Position numbers and translations under genes: made by a program. Below, piece by piece: positions 9,448 through 19,766 of a DNA stretch of 64,000 nucleotides. Source of the DNA: an uncultured Gemmatimonadales bacterium (GTDB lineage: Bacteria; Gemmatimonadota; Gemmatimonadetes; Gemmatimonadales; GWC2-71-9). The notes beneath the pieces were generated by a model. It was not told the origin of the DNA. It saw only the letters and a list, made by a program, of their open reading frames with translations, and searched no databases. Where the stretch lies: assembly GCA_963779755.1 (NCBI GenBank), contig CAVZZO010000001.1:2048001-2112000 (forward strand). The letters are read 5' to 3'. The number at the start of each line of letters is the position of its first letter. Within the stretch, counting starts at the first letter, position 1.

Positions 9448-10620
9448 ATGACCCTCCCGTTGTTCACCGCCCCCACCGACACCGCCTGGACCGTCACCCA
9501 ACTGGCCCGGGCGGCGAGGAAGCAGGTGGAAGGCAGCCTGGGGCAGGTCTGGGTACGGGGAGAAGTCCGCGGGCTCAAACAGTACCAGAGCGGCCACTGG
9601 TATTTCTCCCTGCGCGATGCCGAGAGCCAGATCCGTTGCGTCATGTGGCGTACCTGGTCGCGCCAGGCGGGGCCGCCCCCCGCCGAAGGCACGGAGGTAT
9701 TCGCCTGTGGCACGCCCACCATCTGGGAAGAGCGGGGCGAGTTCCGGCTCAATATCACCCAGCTGCTGGCAACCGACGGACGGGGAGAGCGGCACCGCGA
9801 ATTCGAGCGGGTGAAGAAACTGCTGGAAGGGGAGGGGCTCTTCGCCGCCGCGCGGAAACGGGCGCTGCCGGCGCTCGCCACCTGCATCGCGGTGGTGACC
9901 AGCCCCGACGGCGCCGCCCTGCGCGACATCATTACGGTCACGCGTAAACGCTGGCCCTGCGTGCGGCTGCTGGTCTTCGGGGCCCGCGTCCAGGGCAACG
10001 AGGCCGAGGGAGACCTGGTGCGGGCGCTCCAGCGGGTGAACCGCATGGATGGGCCGGAATTGTGTATCGTGGGCCGGGGCGGGGGTGACGGCGAGGACCT
10101 CTGGGCCTTCAATCGCGAAGGCGTGTGCCGGGCGCTGGCGGCGGTGCGCGTGCCCACCGTCTCCGCGGTAGGCCACGAGACCGACGTGACGCTCTGCGAT
10201 TTCGTCGCCGACGCCCGCGCCGCCACCCCCTCGGCGGCCGCCGAGCTGGCGGTGTGCGACCGCGAAGACCTGCGGCGCCGCTGCGACGCGCTGGGCTCCC
10301 GCCTGGGAGGTGGGCTGCAGCGCTATACCCGGGTCGCCTCGGAGCGGCTGCACCGCAACGCCGACCGGCTGGAGCACTGCCTGGAGCAGCGGCTGGAGCG
10401 CTGGCGCCGGCGGCTGGAGCAGGCCGGCAGCCGGCTCGATGCCCTGAGCCCGCTGCAGGTGCTGCAGCGCGGCTACAGCATGGCGCAGGACGCCGAGGGC
10501 CGTGTGCTCCGGCGCGTCGAGGATTTCCCTGCTGGCCTGCGGTTTTCGCTCCGGGTGGCGGATGGGCGAGTCCCGGCCCGCGCCGACGATTCTTTCCCTT
10601 CGAGGCCCGCTGGTGACTGA
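9448..10620 (+). CDS. xseA: Exodeoxyribonuclease VII large subunit
   Basis: VWVRGEV..SGHWYFSLRD, VVTSPDGAALRD, GRGGG..EDLWAFN, SAVGHETD, TPSAAAE. Confidence 0.95.
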   Translation: MTLPLFTAPTDTAWTVTQLARAARKQVEGSLGQVWVRGEVRGLKQYQSGHWYFSLRDAESQIRCVMWRTWSRQAGPPPAEGTEVFACGTPTIWEERGEFRLNITQLLATDGRGERHREFERVKKLLEGEGLFAAARKRALPALATCIAVVTSPDGAALRDIITVTRKRWPCVRLLVFGARVQGNEAEGDLVRALQRVNRMDGPELCIVGRGGGDGEDLWAFNREGVCRALAAVRVPTVSAVGHETDVTLCDFVADARAATPSAAAELAVCDREDLRRRCDALGSRLGGGLQRYTRVASERLHRNADRLEHCLEQRLERWRRRLEQAGSRLDALSPLQVLQRGYSMAQDAEGRVLRRVEDFPAGLRFSLRVADGRVPARADDSFPSRPAGD

Positions 10621-10864
10621 CGAACCGGGTTCCGCACCTACCGCTCGTACCCGATCACTCGGCGACGAGCTGCGCCGGCTGGAAGAGATCCTCCGCGCCA
10701 TGGAATCCGAGGATCTCGATCTCGATGCCGCGCTGGCGCTCTTTGAAGAGGGCGTGGGCCGGCTGCGGGCCGCCCGCGAATGGCTGCGTGATGCCGAGGT
10801 CCGGGTGCAGAAGGTCCTGGAGGACGCCGGCGGAACCCTCCGGGTTTCCGACACCGACCGCTGA
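10613..10864 (+). CDS. xseB: Exodeoxyribonuclease VII small subunit
   Basis: LRRLEEILRAMESEDLDLDAALALFEEG..AEVRV; xseA-xseB-ispA synteny. Confidence 0.9.
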   Translation: MTDEPGSAPTARTRSLGDELRRLEEILRAMESEDLDLDAALALFEEGVGRLRAAREWLRDAEVRVQKVLEDAGGTLRVSDTDR

Positions 10865-11790
10865 TGCCGCCGGAGGGCAGCGGGACACCCACGCTGACAC
10901 TCGCCGACCGCCTGCTGGCGGAGGCCCGCGCCCGCACCGACGCCCGGCTGGCTCGCTGGGCCGGCCGGCTCTCGGCCCGCGCCCCGGACGGACTGGGCCC
11001 GGCCCTGGCCTACGCGCTGCAAAGCCCGGGAAAACGGGTCCGGGCGGCGCTGGTGCTGGCCGGCTATCACGCGGCCGCCGGCGAGCTGCCCGGGATTGAC
11101 GGCATCGCGGCGGCAGTGGAGACGGTCCATACCTACTCCCTGGTGCACGACGATCTTCCCTGCATGGACAACGACGACCTGCGGCGCGGCCGGCCCACGG
11201 TGCACCGCGCCTTCGGCGTCCCCCGCGCCACCCGGGCCGGCTACGTCCTGGTACCGGTGGCCGCGCTGGTCCTGAGCGAAGGCGCCCGCGAGCTGCAGCT
11301 GCCCGGCGCCTCGCTGGGCGCTCTGGCGCGCGAACTGTTCCATGCCGGCGGCATTGAAGGCATGGTGGGTGGGCAGTGGCGGGATCTCGAGGCGGAGCAG
11401 CGGCGGCTCGATCTGGCGGGCCTCATGACGGTGCATCGGGGCAAGACCGGCGCGCTGATCCGGGCCTCCTGCGTGCTCGGCGGGCTGGCCGCGCAGGCCC
11501 CGCCGCCGCTGCTGGCGGGGCTGCGCGCCTTCGGCGAGGACATCGGCCTGGCGTTCCAGATCGCCGACGATGTGCTGGATGTGACCGGTACCAGCGATGA
11601 GCTGGGCAAGACCGCCGGCCGCGACGAGGCGCTGCAGAAATCCACCTACGTGCGCCTCCTGGGCGTCGAGGGCGCCCGGGCGGAAGCGGGTCGGCTGGCC
11701 CGCCAGGCGGTGGAACACCTGGCGGCGGTCGGATTGCCGCCGGGATCTCTGGCCGCCCTGGCCGAGTATATTGTTAGACGGAGGCACTGA
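10864..11790 (+). CDS. ispA: Farnesyl/geranylgeranyl diphosphate synthase
   Basis: GKRVR, HTYSLVHDDLPCMDNDDLRRGRPT, GMVGGQ, FQIADDVLD. Confidence 0.93.
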   Translation: MPPEGSGTPTLTLADRLLAEARARTDARLARWAGRLSARAPDGLGPALAYALQSPGKRVRAALVLAGYHAAAGELPGIDGIAAAVETVHTYSLVHDDLPCMDNDDLRRGRPTVHRAFGVPRATRAGYVLVPVAALVLSEGARELQLPGASLGALARELFHAGGIEGMVGGQWRDLEAEQRRLDLAGLMTVHRGKTGALIRASCVLGGLAAQAPPPLLAGLRAFGEDIGLAFQIADDVLDVTGTSDELGKTAGRDEALQKSTYVRLLGVEGARAEAGRLARQAVEHLAAVGLPPGSLAALAEYIVRRRH

Positions 11791-11806
11791 GGGCAGGAGG
11801 GGTATT

Positions 11807-11890
11807 CACCGCAGAGACGCAGAGGACGCGGAGAAAGCGAGAATACCGGCGAGGGCCTCCATTCTCCGCGCGCTCAGCGCCTCTGGGGTT
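11807..11890. repeat. Empty inverted-repeat element with 9-nt-period arms (same end family as the GxxExxY cassette)
   Basis: Left CACCGCAGAGACGCAGAGGACGCGGAGAA; right TTCTCCGCGCGCTCAGCGCCTCTGGGGTT; arms are imperfect reverse complements (23/29 by eye). Confidence 0.75.
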
Positions 11891-11945
11891 CAGTGTTTGT
11901 CCGTCTCCCGTCGCCATCGGCACTTGCTGAAAACGTGGTGAGCTC

Positions 11946-13844
11946 ATGTCCCTTCTCTCCGCCATCTCCGGGCCCGATGACCTCAAGCACCTCAGCCAGG
12001 ATGAGCTGGCCGCGCTGGCCGCCGAGGTGCGCGAGCGCCTGATCGACTGCTGCTCGGTCACCGGCGGGCACATCGGCGCCAGCCTGGGCGTGGTGGAGCT
12101 GGCCATCGCGTTGCTCCACTGCTTCGACTCGCCGCGCGACAAGATCCTCTGGGACGTGGGCCACCAGGCCTATGCCTGGAAGCTGCTGACCGGGCGCAAC
12201 GACGCCTTTCCCACGCTGCGGCAGGCCGGCGGCATCTCCGGCTTCCTCAAGCGGACGGAGAGCGAACACGACCAGTTCGGCGCCGGCCATGCCGGCACCG
12301 CCATGTCGGCCGCGCTGGGCATGGCCACGGCGCGCGACCTCCAGGGCGATTCCTACAAGGTGCTGGCGGTCGTGGGCGATGGGGCGCTCACCTGCGGGCT
12401 GTCCTACGAGGGCATGAACAACGCGGGCCATTCCGACCGCGACATCATCCTGATCGTCAACGACAACGGCATGTCGATCTCTCCCAACGTGGGGGCGATC
12501 AGCAAGATGCTGGGCCGCATCGTGGCCAATCCCGCCACCAACCGGGTGCGCGAGGGCATCAAGAGCGTCACCCGGGCGCTGGGCGGCGTCTTTGGGGAAG
12601 GCGTGGTGGAATTCGCCAAGAACGTGGAGGAGAGCGCCAAGAACCTCTTCTCGCCCGGGATGCTGTTCGAAGAACTGGGGTTCCGCTATTTCGGGCCGCT
12701 CGACGGCCACGATCTGGGCAAGCTGATCGAGACGCTCCGCTTCGTGAAGCCGATGAGTGGCCCCCGGGTGATCCACGTGATTACCGAAAAGGGGAAGGGC
12801 TTTTCTTTTGCCGAGGACAATCGCGAAAAGTGGCACGGGCTGGCCGCCTACGACCCGGTCACCGGCGAGGCGCGCAAGAAGCCCAGCGGCCCGCCCGCCT
12901 GGACCCAGGTCTTCGGGAACGCCCTGGCGGAGCTGGGGGCCGAGCATCCCGAGCTGGTGGCCATCACCGCCGCGATGCCCTCGGGCACCGGCACGGCCAT
13001 CTTTCAGAAGCGCTGGCCCGGCCGCTTCTTCGACGTCGGCATTGCCGAGGGACACGCCGTCACCTTTGCCGGCGGCCTGGCGACCCAGGGCATCCGGCCG
13101 GTGTGCGCCATCTACAGCACCTTCCTGCAGCGGGCCTACGACAACATCATCCACGATATCGCGGTGCAGCAGCTCCCGGTCATCTTCTGCATGGACCGGG
13201 CGGGGCTGGTCGGCGAGGACGGCCAGACCCACATGGGGCTGTACGATATTGCCTACATGCTGGCGGTGCCGGGCATGACGGTCACCGCACCCCGGGACGG
13301 CGACGAACTGATCGGGCTGCTCAAGTGCGCCCTGGCCCATACCGAGGGGCCGTTCTGCACCCGCTATCCCCGCGACAAGGCCCCGGCCGACCCCAGCCCG
13401 GTGAGCGAGGTGCCGGCCGTGCCCTACGGCCGCTGGGAACTGCTGCGGCAGGGCCGGGACGTGGCCGTGCTGGCGGTGGGAACCATGGTGCGTGCCGCCG
13501 AAGGCGCCGCCGCCCGGCTGGCCGGCGAAGGCGTCGACCCCTCGGTGGTGAACTGCCGTTTCCTGAAGCCGCTGGATACCGCCATGCTGGAGGCCCTGGT
13601 GCAGGACCACCGTATTCTGGTTACCGTGGAAGAAGGCACGGTGGTGAACGGGTTCGGCGCCTATCTGGCCGAGGTGCTGAGCACCATGCATCCGGAAGTG
13701 CGGGTAGTGGCGCTGGGCGTGCCCGACCGGCTGATCGACCAGGCGCCGCGGGCCGAGCAGCTGGAGCGCTACGGGCTCACGCCCGAGGGCATCGCCCGGC
13801 GGGTGCTGGCCCTGCATCGCGAAGAGAGCCTGGACCCGCGATGA
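11946..13844 (+). CDS. dxs: 1-deoxy-D-xylulose-5-phosphate synthase
   Basis: GGHIGASLGVVEL, WDVGHQAY, VGDGALT..NDNGMSI, FDVGIAEGHAV, YSTFLQRAYD. Confidence 0.97.
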   Translation: MSLLSAISGPDDLKHLSQDELAALAAEVRERLIDCCSVTGGHIGASLGVVELAIALLHCFDSPRDKILWDVGHQAYAWKLLTGRNDAFPTLRQAGGISGFLKRTESEHDQFGAGHAGTAMSAALGMATARDLQGDSYKVLAVVGDGALTCGLSYEGMNNAGHSDRDIILIVNDNGMSISPNVGAISKMLGRIVANPATNRVREGIKSVTRALGGVFGEGVVEFAKNVEESAKNLFSPGMLFEELGFRYFGPLDGHDLGKLIETLRFVKPMSGPRVIHVITEKGKGFSFAEDNREKWHGLAAYDPVTGEARKKPSGPPAWTQVFGNALAELGAEHPELVAITAAMPSGTGTAIFQKRWPGRFFDVGIAEGHAVTFAGGLATQGIRPVCAIYSTFLQRAYDNIIHDIAVQQLPVIFCMDRAGLVGEDGQTHMGLYDIAYMLAVPGMTVTAPRDGDELIGLLKCALAHTEGPFCTRYPRDKAPADPSPVSEVPAVPYGRWELLRQGRDVAVLAVGTMVRAAEGAAARLAGEGVDPSVVNCRFLKPLDTAMLEALVQDHRILVTVEEGTVVNGFGAYLAEVLSTMHPEVRVVALGVPDRLIDQAPRAEQLERYGLTPEGIARRVLALHREESLDPR

Positions 13845-14710
13845 ACGTCGGGATCATCGGGAATCCCCGCTATCCCGATCTGCGTGGCCTGCTCGACCAC
13901 ATCGCCGAGCTGGCGTCGGTGCGCGGCATGTCGCTCTTCGCCGAGGAAGGCCTCACCGCCATCTGGCAGCGCGAGATGCCGTCGCTGGACGACGCCGATC
14001 TCGACGTGCTCATTACCCTGGGCGGTGATGGCACCCTGCTGCGCGGGGCCCGCGCCATCCAGGGCCGCCAGATCCCCATCCTGGGCATCAATCTGGGCCG
14101 GGTGGGCTTTCTCACCACCTCTACCGGCGAGGCGCTGGATCCGGCGCTCGACGCCCTGGTGGCGGGCGCCTATCAGGTAGACGACCGCATGGCGCTCTCC
14201 GCCCAGATCAGCGGCACCGACGGTACCACCCATACGCGGCAATTCGCGCTGAACGACGTCGCCATTCACAAGAGCGGCGTCGCCCGCGTGGTGCGCCTGA
14301 GCGTGGAAATCGAAGGCGAAGAAGTCGGCCCCTACAGCGCCGACGGCATCGTCGTGTCGTCGCCCACCGGGTCCACCGCCTATTCGCTGAGCGCCGGCGG
14401 CCCCATCATGGTGCCGGGGGTCGAGGGGATGATCGTCACCCCGATCTGCGCCCACACGCTGGCCGTGCGGCCGCTGGTGGTGCCGGCGCGGTTCTCCATC
14501 ACCGTTACCCCGATCCCTCCCTGGGCCGACGACCTGCTGGTTTCCTACGACGGCCAGGTCGGTACCACCCTGACCGGCGGCGACCGGGTGACCGTCTGCC
14601 GCGCCTCCAGCGTGGTCCGGCTCATCCGCATCGGGCCGGAGGGGTTCCTCACCCGGATGCGGAAGAAGCTGCACTGGGGCGATCTCTCCGGGCGGGAGCG
14701 GCGGACCTGA
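13841..14710 (+). CDS. nadK: NAD kinase
   Basis: LGGDGTLL, GINLGRVGFL, ALND, ADGIVVSSPTGSTAYSLSAGGP. Confidence 0.95.
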   Translation: MNVGIIGNPRYPDLRGLLDHIAELASVRGMSLFAEEGLTAIWQREMPSLDDADLDVLITLGGDGTLLRGARAIQGRQIPILGINLGRVGFLTTSTGEALDPALDALVAGAYQVDDRMALSAQISGTDGTTHTRQFALNDVAIHKSGVARVVRLSVEIEGEEVGPYSADGIVVSSPTGSTAYSLSAGGPIMVPGVEGMIVTPICAHTLAVRPLVVPARFSITVTPIPPWADDLLVSYDGQVGTTLTGGDRVTVCRASSVVRLIRIGPEGFLTRMRKKLHWGDLSGRERRT

Positions 14711-14736
14711 TTCCACCCCATCCGCGGGGACGCACC

Positions 14737-16956
14737 ATGAACCCAGGCCGCGGGATCCTCTCCGGCGCGTTGATGCTGCTCCTGGCTGCCGCGAGCGCGC
14801 GGGCGCAGGAATCCGCCGCCCCCTCCGCGCTGCGAACCCGCTGGGCGGCTTCTGTCGATACGGCCCATCCCTGGCCGGAATACCCCCGGCCCCAACTGGT
14901 GCGGCCAGCGTGGCGCAACCTGAACGGCTGGTGGGACTACGCGGTGCGCGATTCGGCCGCCCCCGCGCCGGACCGCTATGACGGCCGCATCCTGGTGCCC
15001 TATCCCATCGAATCCCGGCTGAGCCGGGTGCAGCGGGCGGTCACGCCGTCGCAGCGGCTCTGGTATCATCGTACCTTCGTGGTCCCTGCGGACTGGCGGC
15101 GAGGGCGGGTGCTGCTGCACTTCGGCGCGGTGGACTGGGAGGCGGCCGTGTACGTCAACGGCCGCCGGCTCCGGACGCATCGCGGCGATTACGATCCGTT
15201 CACTCTGGACATCACCGGTGCCCTGGTACCGGCCGCGCATCAGCAGGTGGTGGTCGCGGTGCGGGACCCGACCGACAGCGGCGGCCAGCCGCGGGGCAAA
15301 CAGGTGCTGCACCCCCGCAGCATCTGGTACACCGCGGTCACCGGCATCTGGCAGACGGTGTGGCTCGAATCGGTACCCTCCACCTATATCGCCGCCCTGA
15401 CGGTCACGCCCCGGGTGGATTCCGGCGCGGTACGCGTTGCCCTGCGGGTGGAGGGCGCCGGCTCCGGCGGCACCGCGACGGTCGAGGTGCGCGACGGGGC
15501 GCGCACCATAGGCCGCTCGAGCGGGCCGGCAGACCGGGCGCTTACCATTGCCATTCCCCGGCCGAGGCTCTGGGCACCGGGCCATCCATTTCTGTACGGC
15601 CTGCGGATACGGCTGGCCGGCGGCGACTCGGTGTCGTCCTACTTCGGTATGCGGTCGATCGCGCTCGGTCGCGACTCGGCCGGGGCGGTGCGCCTGCTCC
15701 TGAACGGCTCGCCGCTGTTCCAGCTGGGGGTGCTCGACCAGGGCTGGTGGCCCGACGGGCTGTACACGCCGCCGACCGAGGCCGGCATGCGCCACGACCT
15801 CACCACGGTGCAGCGGCTCGGATTCAACCTGCTGCGCAAGCACGTGAAGGTGGAGCCGGCGCGCTGGTACTATCTCTGCGACAGCCTGGGCCTGCTGGTG
15901 TGGCAGGACATGCCCAGCGGGGACAACGCCAGCGACAGCGCCCGGTCGGAATTCGGGCGGGAGCTGGAACACATGGTGGCGGCGCTGGAAAACCACCCGT
16001 CGATCGTCATGTGGGTGCCGTTCAACGAGGGGTGGGGACAGCACCAGACCCCCCGCTACGTCGCCTGGCTCGAGCGGCGCGACCCCAGCCGGCTGGTGGA
16101 TGACGCCAGCGGCTGGACTGATCGCGGCGTGGGCGAGGTGATCGATCTGCACGCCTATCCCGGGCCCGGGATGCCCGCGCCGGACAGCGTCCGGGCGCGG
16201 GTGCTGGGAGAATTCGGCGGCCTCGGACTCCCGCTCGAGGGCCATACGTGGGTAGGGCGCGACAACTGGGGCTATCGCACCTTCACTTCGCTCGATTCCC
16301 TGAATGCCGCCTACCGCCGGCTGATGGGGCAGCTCCGTATTCTCATCGGGCGGGGTCTGGCGGCCGCGGTCTACACCCAGACCACCGACGTCGAAGTCGA
16401 GGTGAACGGGCTCATGACCTACGACCGCGAAATGGTGAAGCTCGACTCCGCATCCATCGCGGCAACCCGCCGGATTTACCGTCCGCCGCCGGCCGTCCGC
16501 ATGATCGTTCCTACCTCGGAAGATTCCCCGCAGCCGTGGACCTACACCACCCGGCGGCCCGACGGCGAATGGTACCGGGCCGGATACCATGCCGCGGGGT
16601 GGCAGGAGGGCAGGGGCGGATTCGGCACGCCCGATACGCCCGGCGCCCACGTGGGGACGACCTGGAACACGGCGGATATCTGGGCCCGGCGCACCTTCGA
16701 GCTGGGGGCGGTGCCCGCGGCACCGCTCTATCTGGCGCTCCACCACGATGAAGATGCCGAGGTCTATGTGAATGGCGTGCTGGTAGGTCGCTACCCCGAC
16801 TATACGGTGGACTATGCCTACCTGCCGCTGCCCGATTCCGCCCGGGCCGCGCTTCACGCCGGCCGGAACACCCTCGCGGTTCATGTGCACCAGACGAAGG
16901 GCGGCCAGTTCCTGGATGCCGGGATTGCCTCCGTGGCCGACCCGGCGCGCCCGTGA
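14737..16956 (+). CDS. Secreted glycoside hydrolase family 2 (beta-galactosidase-like)
   Basis: Signal peptide (..LLAAASARAQ); PEYPRPQL, LHFGAVDW, GIWQTVWLE, LDQGWWPDG, RKHVKVEP, WVPFNEGWGQ, GEFGG, YTQTTDVE. Confidence 0.85.
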   Translation: MNPGRGILSGALMLLLAAASARAQESAAPSALRTRWAASVDTAHPWPEYPRPQLVRPAWRNLNGWWDYAVRDSAAPAPDRYDGRILVPYPIESRLSRVQRAVTPSQRLWYHRTFVVPADWRRGRVLLHFGAVDWEAAVYVNGRRLRTHRGDYDPFTLDITGALVPAAHQQVVVAVRDPTDSGGQPRGKQVLHPRSIWYTAVTGIWQTVWLESVPSTYIAALTVTPRVDSGAVRVALRVEGAGSGGTATVEVRDGARTIGRSSGPADRALTIAIPRPRLWAPGHPFLYGLRIRLAGGDSVSSYFGMRSIALGRDSAGAVRLLLNGSPLFQLGVLDQGWWPDGLYTPPTEAGMRHDLTTVQRLGFNLLRKHVKVEPARWYYLCDSLGLLVWQDMPSGDNASDSARSEFGRELEHMVAALENHPSIVMWVPFNEGWGQHQTPRYVAWLERRDPSRLVDDASGWTDRGVGEVIDLHAYPGPGMPAPDSVRARVLGEFGGLGLPLEGHTWVGRDNWGYRTFTSLDSLNAAYRRLMGQLRILIGRGLAAAVYTQTTDVEVEVNGLMTYDREMVKLDSASIAATRRIYRPPPAVRMIVPTSEDSPQPWTYTTRRPDGEWYRAGYHAAGWQEGRGGFGTPDTPGAHVGTTWNTADIWARRTFELGAVPAAPLYLALHHDEDAEVYVNGVLVGRYPDYTVDYAYLPLPDSARAALHAGRNTLAVHVHQTKGGQFLDAGIASVADPARP

Positions 16957-16966
16957 GGGAGCCGCG

Positions 16967-18100
16967 ATGCGAATCCGGATGGTCGTCTTCGCGCTTGCGG
17001 CGTTCGCGCTCCTTCCCGCCGCGGCGGCGGCTCAGGCGCCGCGCGTGAGCTCGGCGCCCTTCGGCCGGCTGCCCGACGGCACGGCCGTCAGGTTGTTCAC
17101 CCTGGACAACGGCCACGGCATGCGGGTGCGCGCCATGACCTACGGGGCCATCATCCAGCAGATCACCGTGCCCGACCGGAACGGGACGCCGGGCGACGTC
17201 GTCCTGGGGTTCGATTCGCTGGCCGGCTACCTGCACGACTCGCCCTACTTCGGGGCGGTGGTGGGGCGGTACGCCAATCGCATTGCGGGCGGCAGGTTCA
17301 GCCTCGACGGCGCCACCTATCACCTGGCGGTGAACAACGGGCCCAACGCGCTGCATGGAGGCGTGCGGGGGTTCGACAAGGTCGTCTGGCAGGCCGAGCC
17401 CTTCCGGCGGGGCGACAGCGTCGGCGTGGTGTTCAGCCATACCAGCCCCGACGGAGACGAAGGCTACCCCGGCACCCTCCGGGCCCGGGTGACCTACACC
17501 CTGACGCCCGACGATCGCCTGACGGTGGAGTATCACGCGGTGACCGACAAGGCGACGCCGGTCAACCTGTCCCAGCATTCCTATTTCAACCTGGCGGGAG
17601 AGGGCAGCGGCGACATCCTCTCGCAGGTGCTGACCATCCACGCCGACGGCTTTACGCCGGTGGATTCGACCCTCATCCCCACCGGGGAGATCCGCCCGGT
17701 CGCCGGCACGCCGTTCGATTTCCGCACGCCGCACGCGATCGGCGCGCGGATCGACGAAGCCGACGAGCAGCTTCGCTTCGCCGGCGGGTACGACCACAAC
17801 TTCGTGCTGGCGCGGACCGGGCCCGGGCTGTTCCATGCCGTCCACCTGCTGGCGCCTTCCACCGGCCGCACGCTGGATGTCTACACCACCCAGCCGGGGC
17901 TGCAGTTCTATAGCGGGAATTTCCTGGATGGGACGCTGCGCGGGAAGGGCGGCCACCCGTACCTCCACCGGGGGGCCCTCTGCCTGGAGACCCAGCATTT
18001 TCCCGATTCGCCCAATCAGCCGGAGTTCCCCTCGACCATTCTCCGGCCGGGGCAGCAGTTCCAGTCCCGGACGGTCTTTGCCTTCGGCGTGGCGCCGTGA
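16967..18100 (+). CDS. galM: Aldose 1-epimerase (mutarotase) with signal peptide
   Basis: GRYANRI, LHGG, GYPG, NLSQHSYFNL, GYDHNF, QFYSGNFL, CLETQHFPDSPN. Confidence 0.93.
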   Translation: MRIRMVVFALAAFALLPAAAAAQAPRVSSAPFGRLPDGTAVRLFTLDNGHGMRVRAMTYGAIIQQITVPDRNGTPGDVVLGFDSLAGYLHDSPYFGAVVGRYANRIAGGRFSLDGATYHLAVNNGPNALHGGVRGFDKVVWQAEPFRRGDSVGVVFSHTSPDGDEGYPGTLRARVTYTLTPDDRLTVEYHAVTDKATPVNLSQHSYFNLAGEGSGDILSQVLTIHADGFTPVDSTLIPTGEIRPVAGTPFDFRTPHAIGARIDEADEQLRFAGGYDHNFVLARTGPGLFHAVHLLAPSTGRTLDVYTTQPGLQFYSGNFLDGTLRGKGGHPYLHRGALCLETQHFPDSPNQPEFPSTILRPGQQFQSRTVFAFGVAP

Positions 18101-18113
18101 GAGGCCCGGCCCG

Positions 18114-19766
18114 ATGATCACCGAGCTTCGGGTTCGCGACCTCGCGACCATCGCCGACGTGACGCTCCAGTTCGGCGCGGGGCTCAACGTGCTCACCGGC
18201 GAAACCGGGGCCGGCAAGTCCATGTTGGTGGACGCGCTCTCCCTGCTGCTGGGCGAGCGGGGGGACAGCCAGCTGGTCCGGCCCGGCGCGGCGCGCGCTG
18301 TGGTGGAAGGCGCCTTCGAAGTGGCCGACCCCGCGGCGGAGCGGGGCATCACCGACCTCGGCCTGGACCTCGACGAGCACCGGGTGGTCATCCGGCGCGA
18401 GGTGAGCGCCGAAGGCCGCTCACGCGCATGGATCAACGGCAGCCCGACCACGGTCGGCGTATTGCAGCAGGTGGGCGCGCTGCTGGTGGACCTGCATGGG
18501 CAGCACGAAACCCAGTCCCTGCTGCATCCTGCCACCCAGCGCGACCTGCTGGACGCGCTGGGCGATGCGGCGGCCGAACGCCAGGCGGTAGCCGAGGCGC
18601 ATCGGGACGCCGCCGCCCTGATGCAGGAGGAGGCCGCGCTGCTGGGCCGGCGCGACGACGTGCGGCGCCGCGCGGACTACCTCCGGCACGTGGTGCAGGA
18701 GATCGACCAGGCGCGGGTGCAGCACGGCGAGGACGAGGAGCTGCAGGCCGAAGCCCGGCGGCTCACGCATGCCGGCCTGCTGGGAGAGAACGCCCGGATG
18801 CTGGCCGAGCTGGTCGGGGGCGACGACGCCTCGGCCCTGGTGGCATTGGGACGTGCCGAGAAGCCCCTGGCCGCGCTGGAACGGACCGACCCGGCCACCG
18901 GGGCCTGGCGGGAGCTGCTCGACGCCGCCTATGCCAATCTCACGGAGCTGGCTCGGGTGGCCGGTGAATACGCCGGGCAGATCCAGGAAGATCCCGGCCG
19001 CCTGGCCGACATTGAACGGCGGCGCGATCTGCTCTTCCGGCTTCGGCAGAAGTACGGCGAGACGCTGGATGCGGTTCGCATGGCGCGGGTGAATGCCGCC
19101 GCCGAGCTGGAAGTTCTGGACACGGCCGAGTTCGATCTCAAGACACTGGCGGCGCGGCGCGTGGCGGCCGAGGGTGCGCTGCAGGCAGCGGCCGCGGCAT
19201 TGACCGGCAAGCGCCGGGCGGCGGCGAGCCGACTCGCGCGGGGCGTGAACCGTCTGCTCCCGAAGCTCGGGATGCCCGGCGGCAAGGTGCGGGCCGAGCT
19301 GGCCACGCTCGATGCGCCGGGCCCAGCGGGGCGCGAAAGCGTCTCGTTCATGGTGCAGCTGAACCTGGGCCTGGACGAGCGGCCGCTGGCGAAGTCGGCC
19401 TCGGGCGGCGAGCTCTCCCGGCTCATGCTGGCGCTCAAGGTGGTGCTGGCCAGTCACGATGCGGTCGAGACGATGGTCTTCGATGAGGTCGACCAGGGGA
19501 TCGGCGGCGAAGTGGGCCGGCAGGTAGGCGACGCGCTGGCCACCGTGGCCGGGCGGCGCCAGGTGCTGGTCATTACCCATCTGCCGCAGATCGCCGCCCG
19601 GGCCGACCGGCATCTGGTGGTCTCCAAGGAGGCGCGGGGCGGCATCGCGACCAGCGACGTGGGGGTGGTCCATGGCGAGGACCGGGTGGTGGAACTGGCG
19701 CGCATGCTGGGCGACAGCGGCAGCCCCGAGGCGCGCCGCCACGCGCAGGCGATGCTGCGGCGGTAG
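18114..19766 (+). CDS. recN: DNA repair protein RecN
   Basis: LNVLTGETGAGKS, DLHGQHE, ASGGELSR, FDEVDQGIGG, ITHLPQIAA. Confidence 0.96.
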   Translation: MITELRVRDLATIADVTLQFGAGLNVLTGETGAGKSMLVDALSLLLGERGDSQLVRPGAARAVVEGAFEVADPAAERGITDLGLDLDEHRVVIRREVSAEGRSRAWINGSPTTVGVLQQVGALLVDLHGQHETQSLLHPATQRDLLDALGDAAAERQAVAEAHRDAAALMQEEAALLGRRDDVRRRADYLRHVVQEIDQARVQHGEDEELQAEARRLTHAGLLGENARMLAELVGGDDASALVALGRAEKPLAALERTDPATGAWRELLDAAYANLTELARVAGEYAGQIQEDPGRLADIERRRDLLFRLRQKYGETLDAVRMARVNAAAELEVLDTAEFDLKTLAARRVAAEGALQAAAAALTGKRRAAASRLARGVNRLLPKLGMPGGKVRAELATLDAPGPAGRESVSFMVQLNLGLDERPLAKSASGGELSRLMLALKVVLASHDAVETMVFDEVDQGIGGEVGRQVGDALATVAGRRQVLVITHLPQIAARADRHLVVSKEARGGIATSDVGVVHGEDRVVELARMLGDSGSPEARRHAQAMLRR

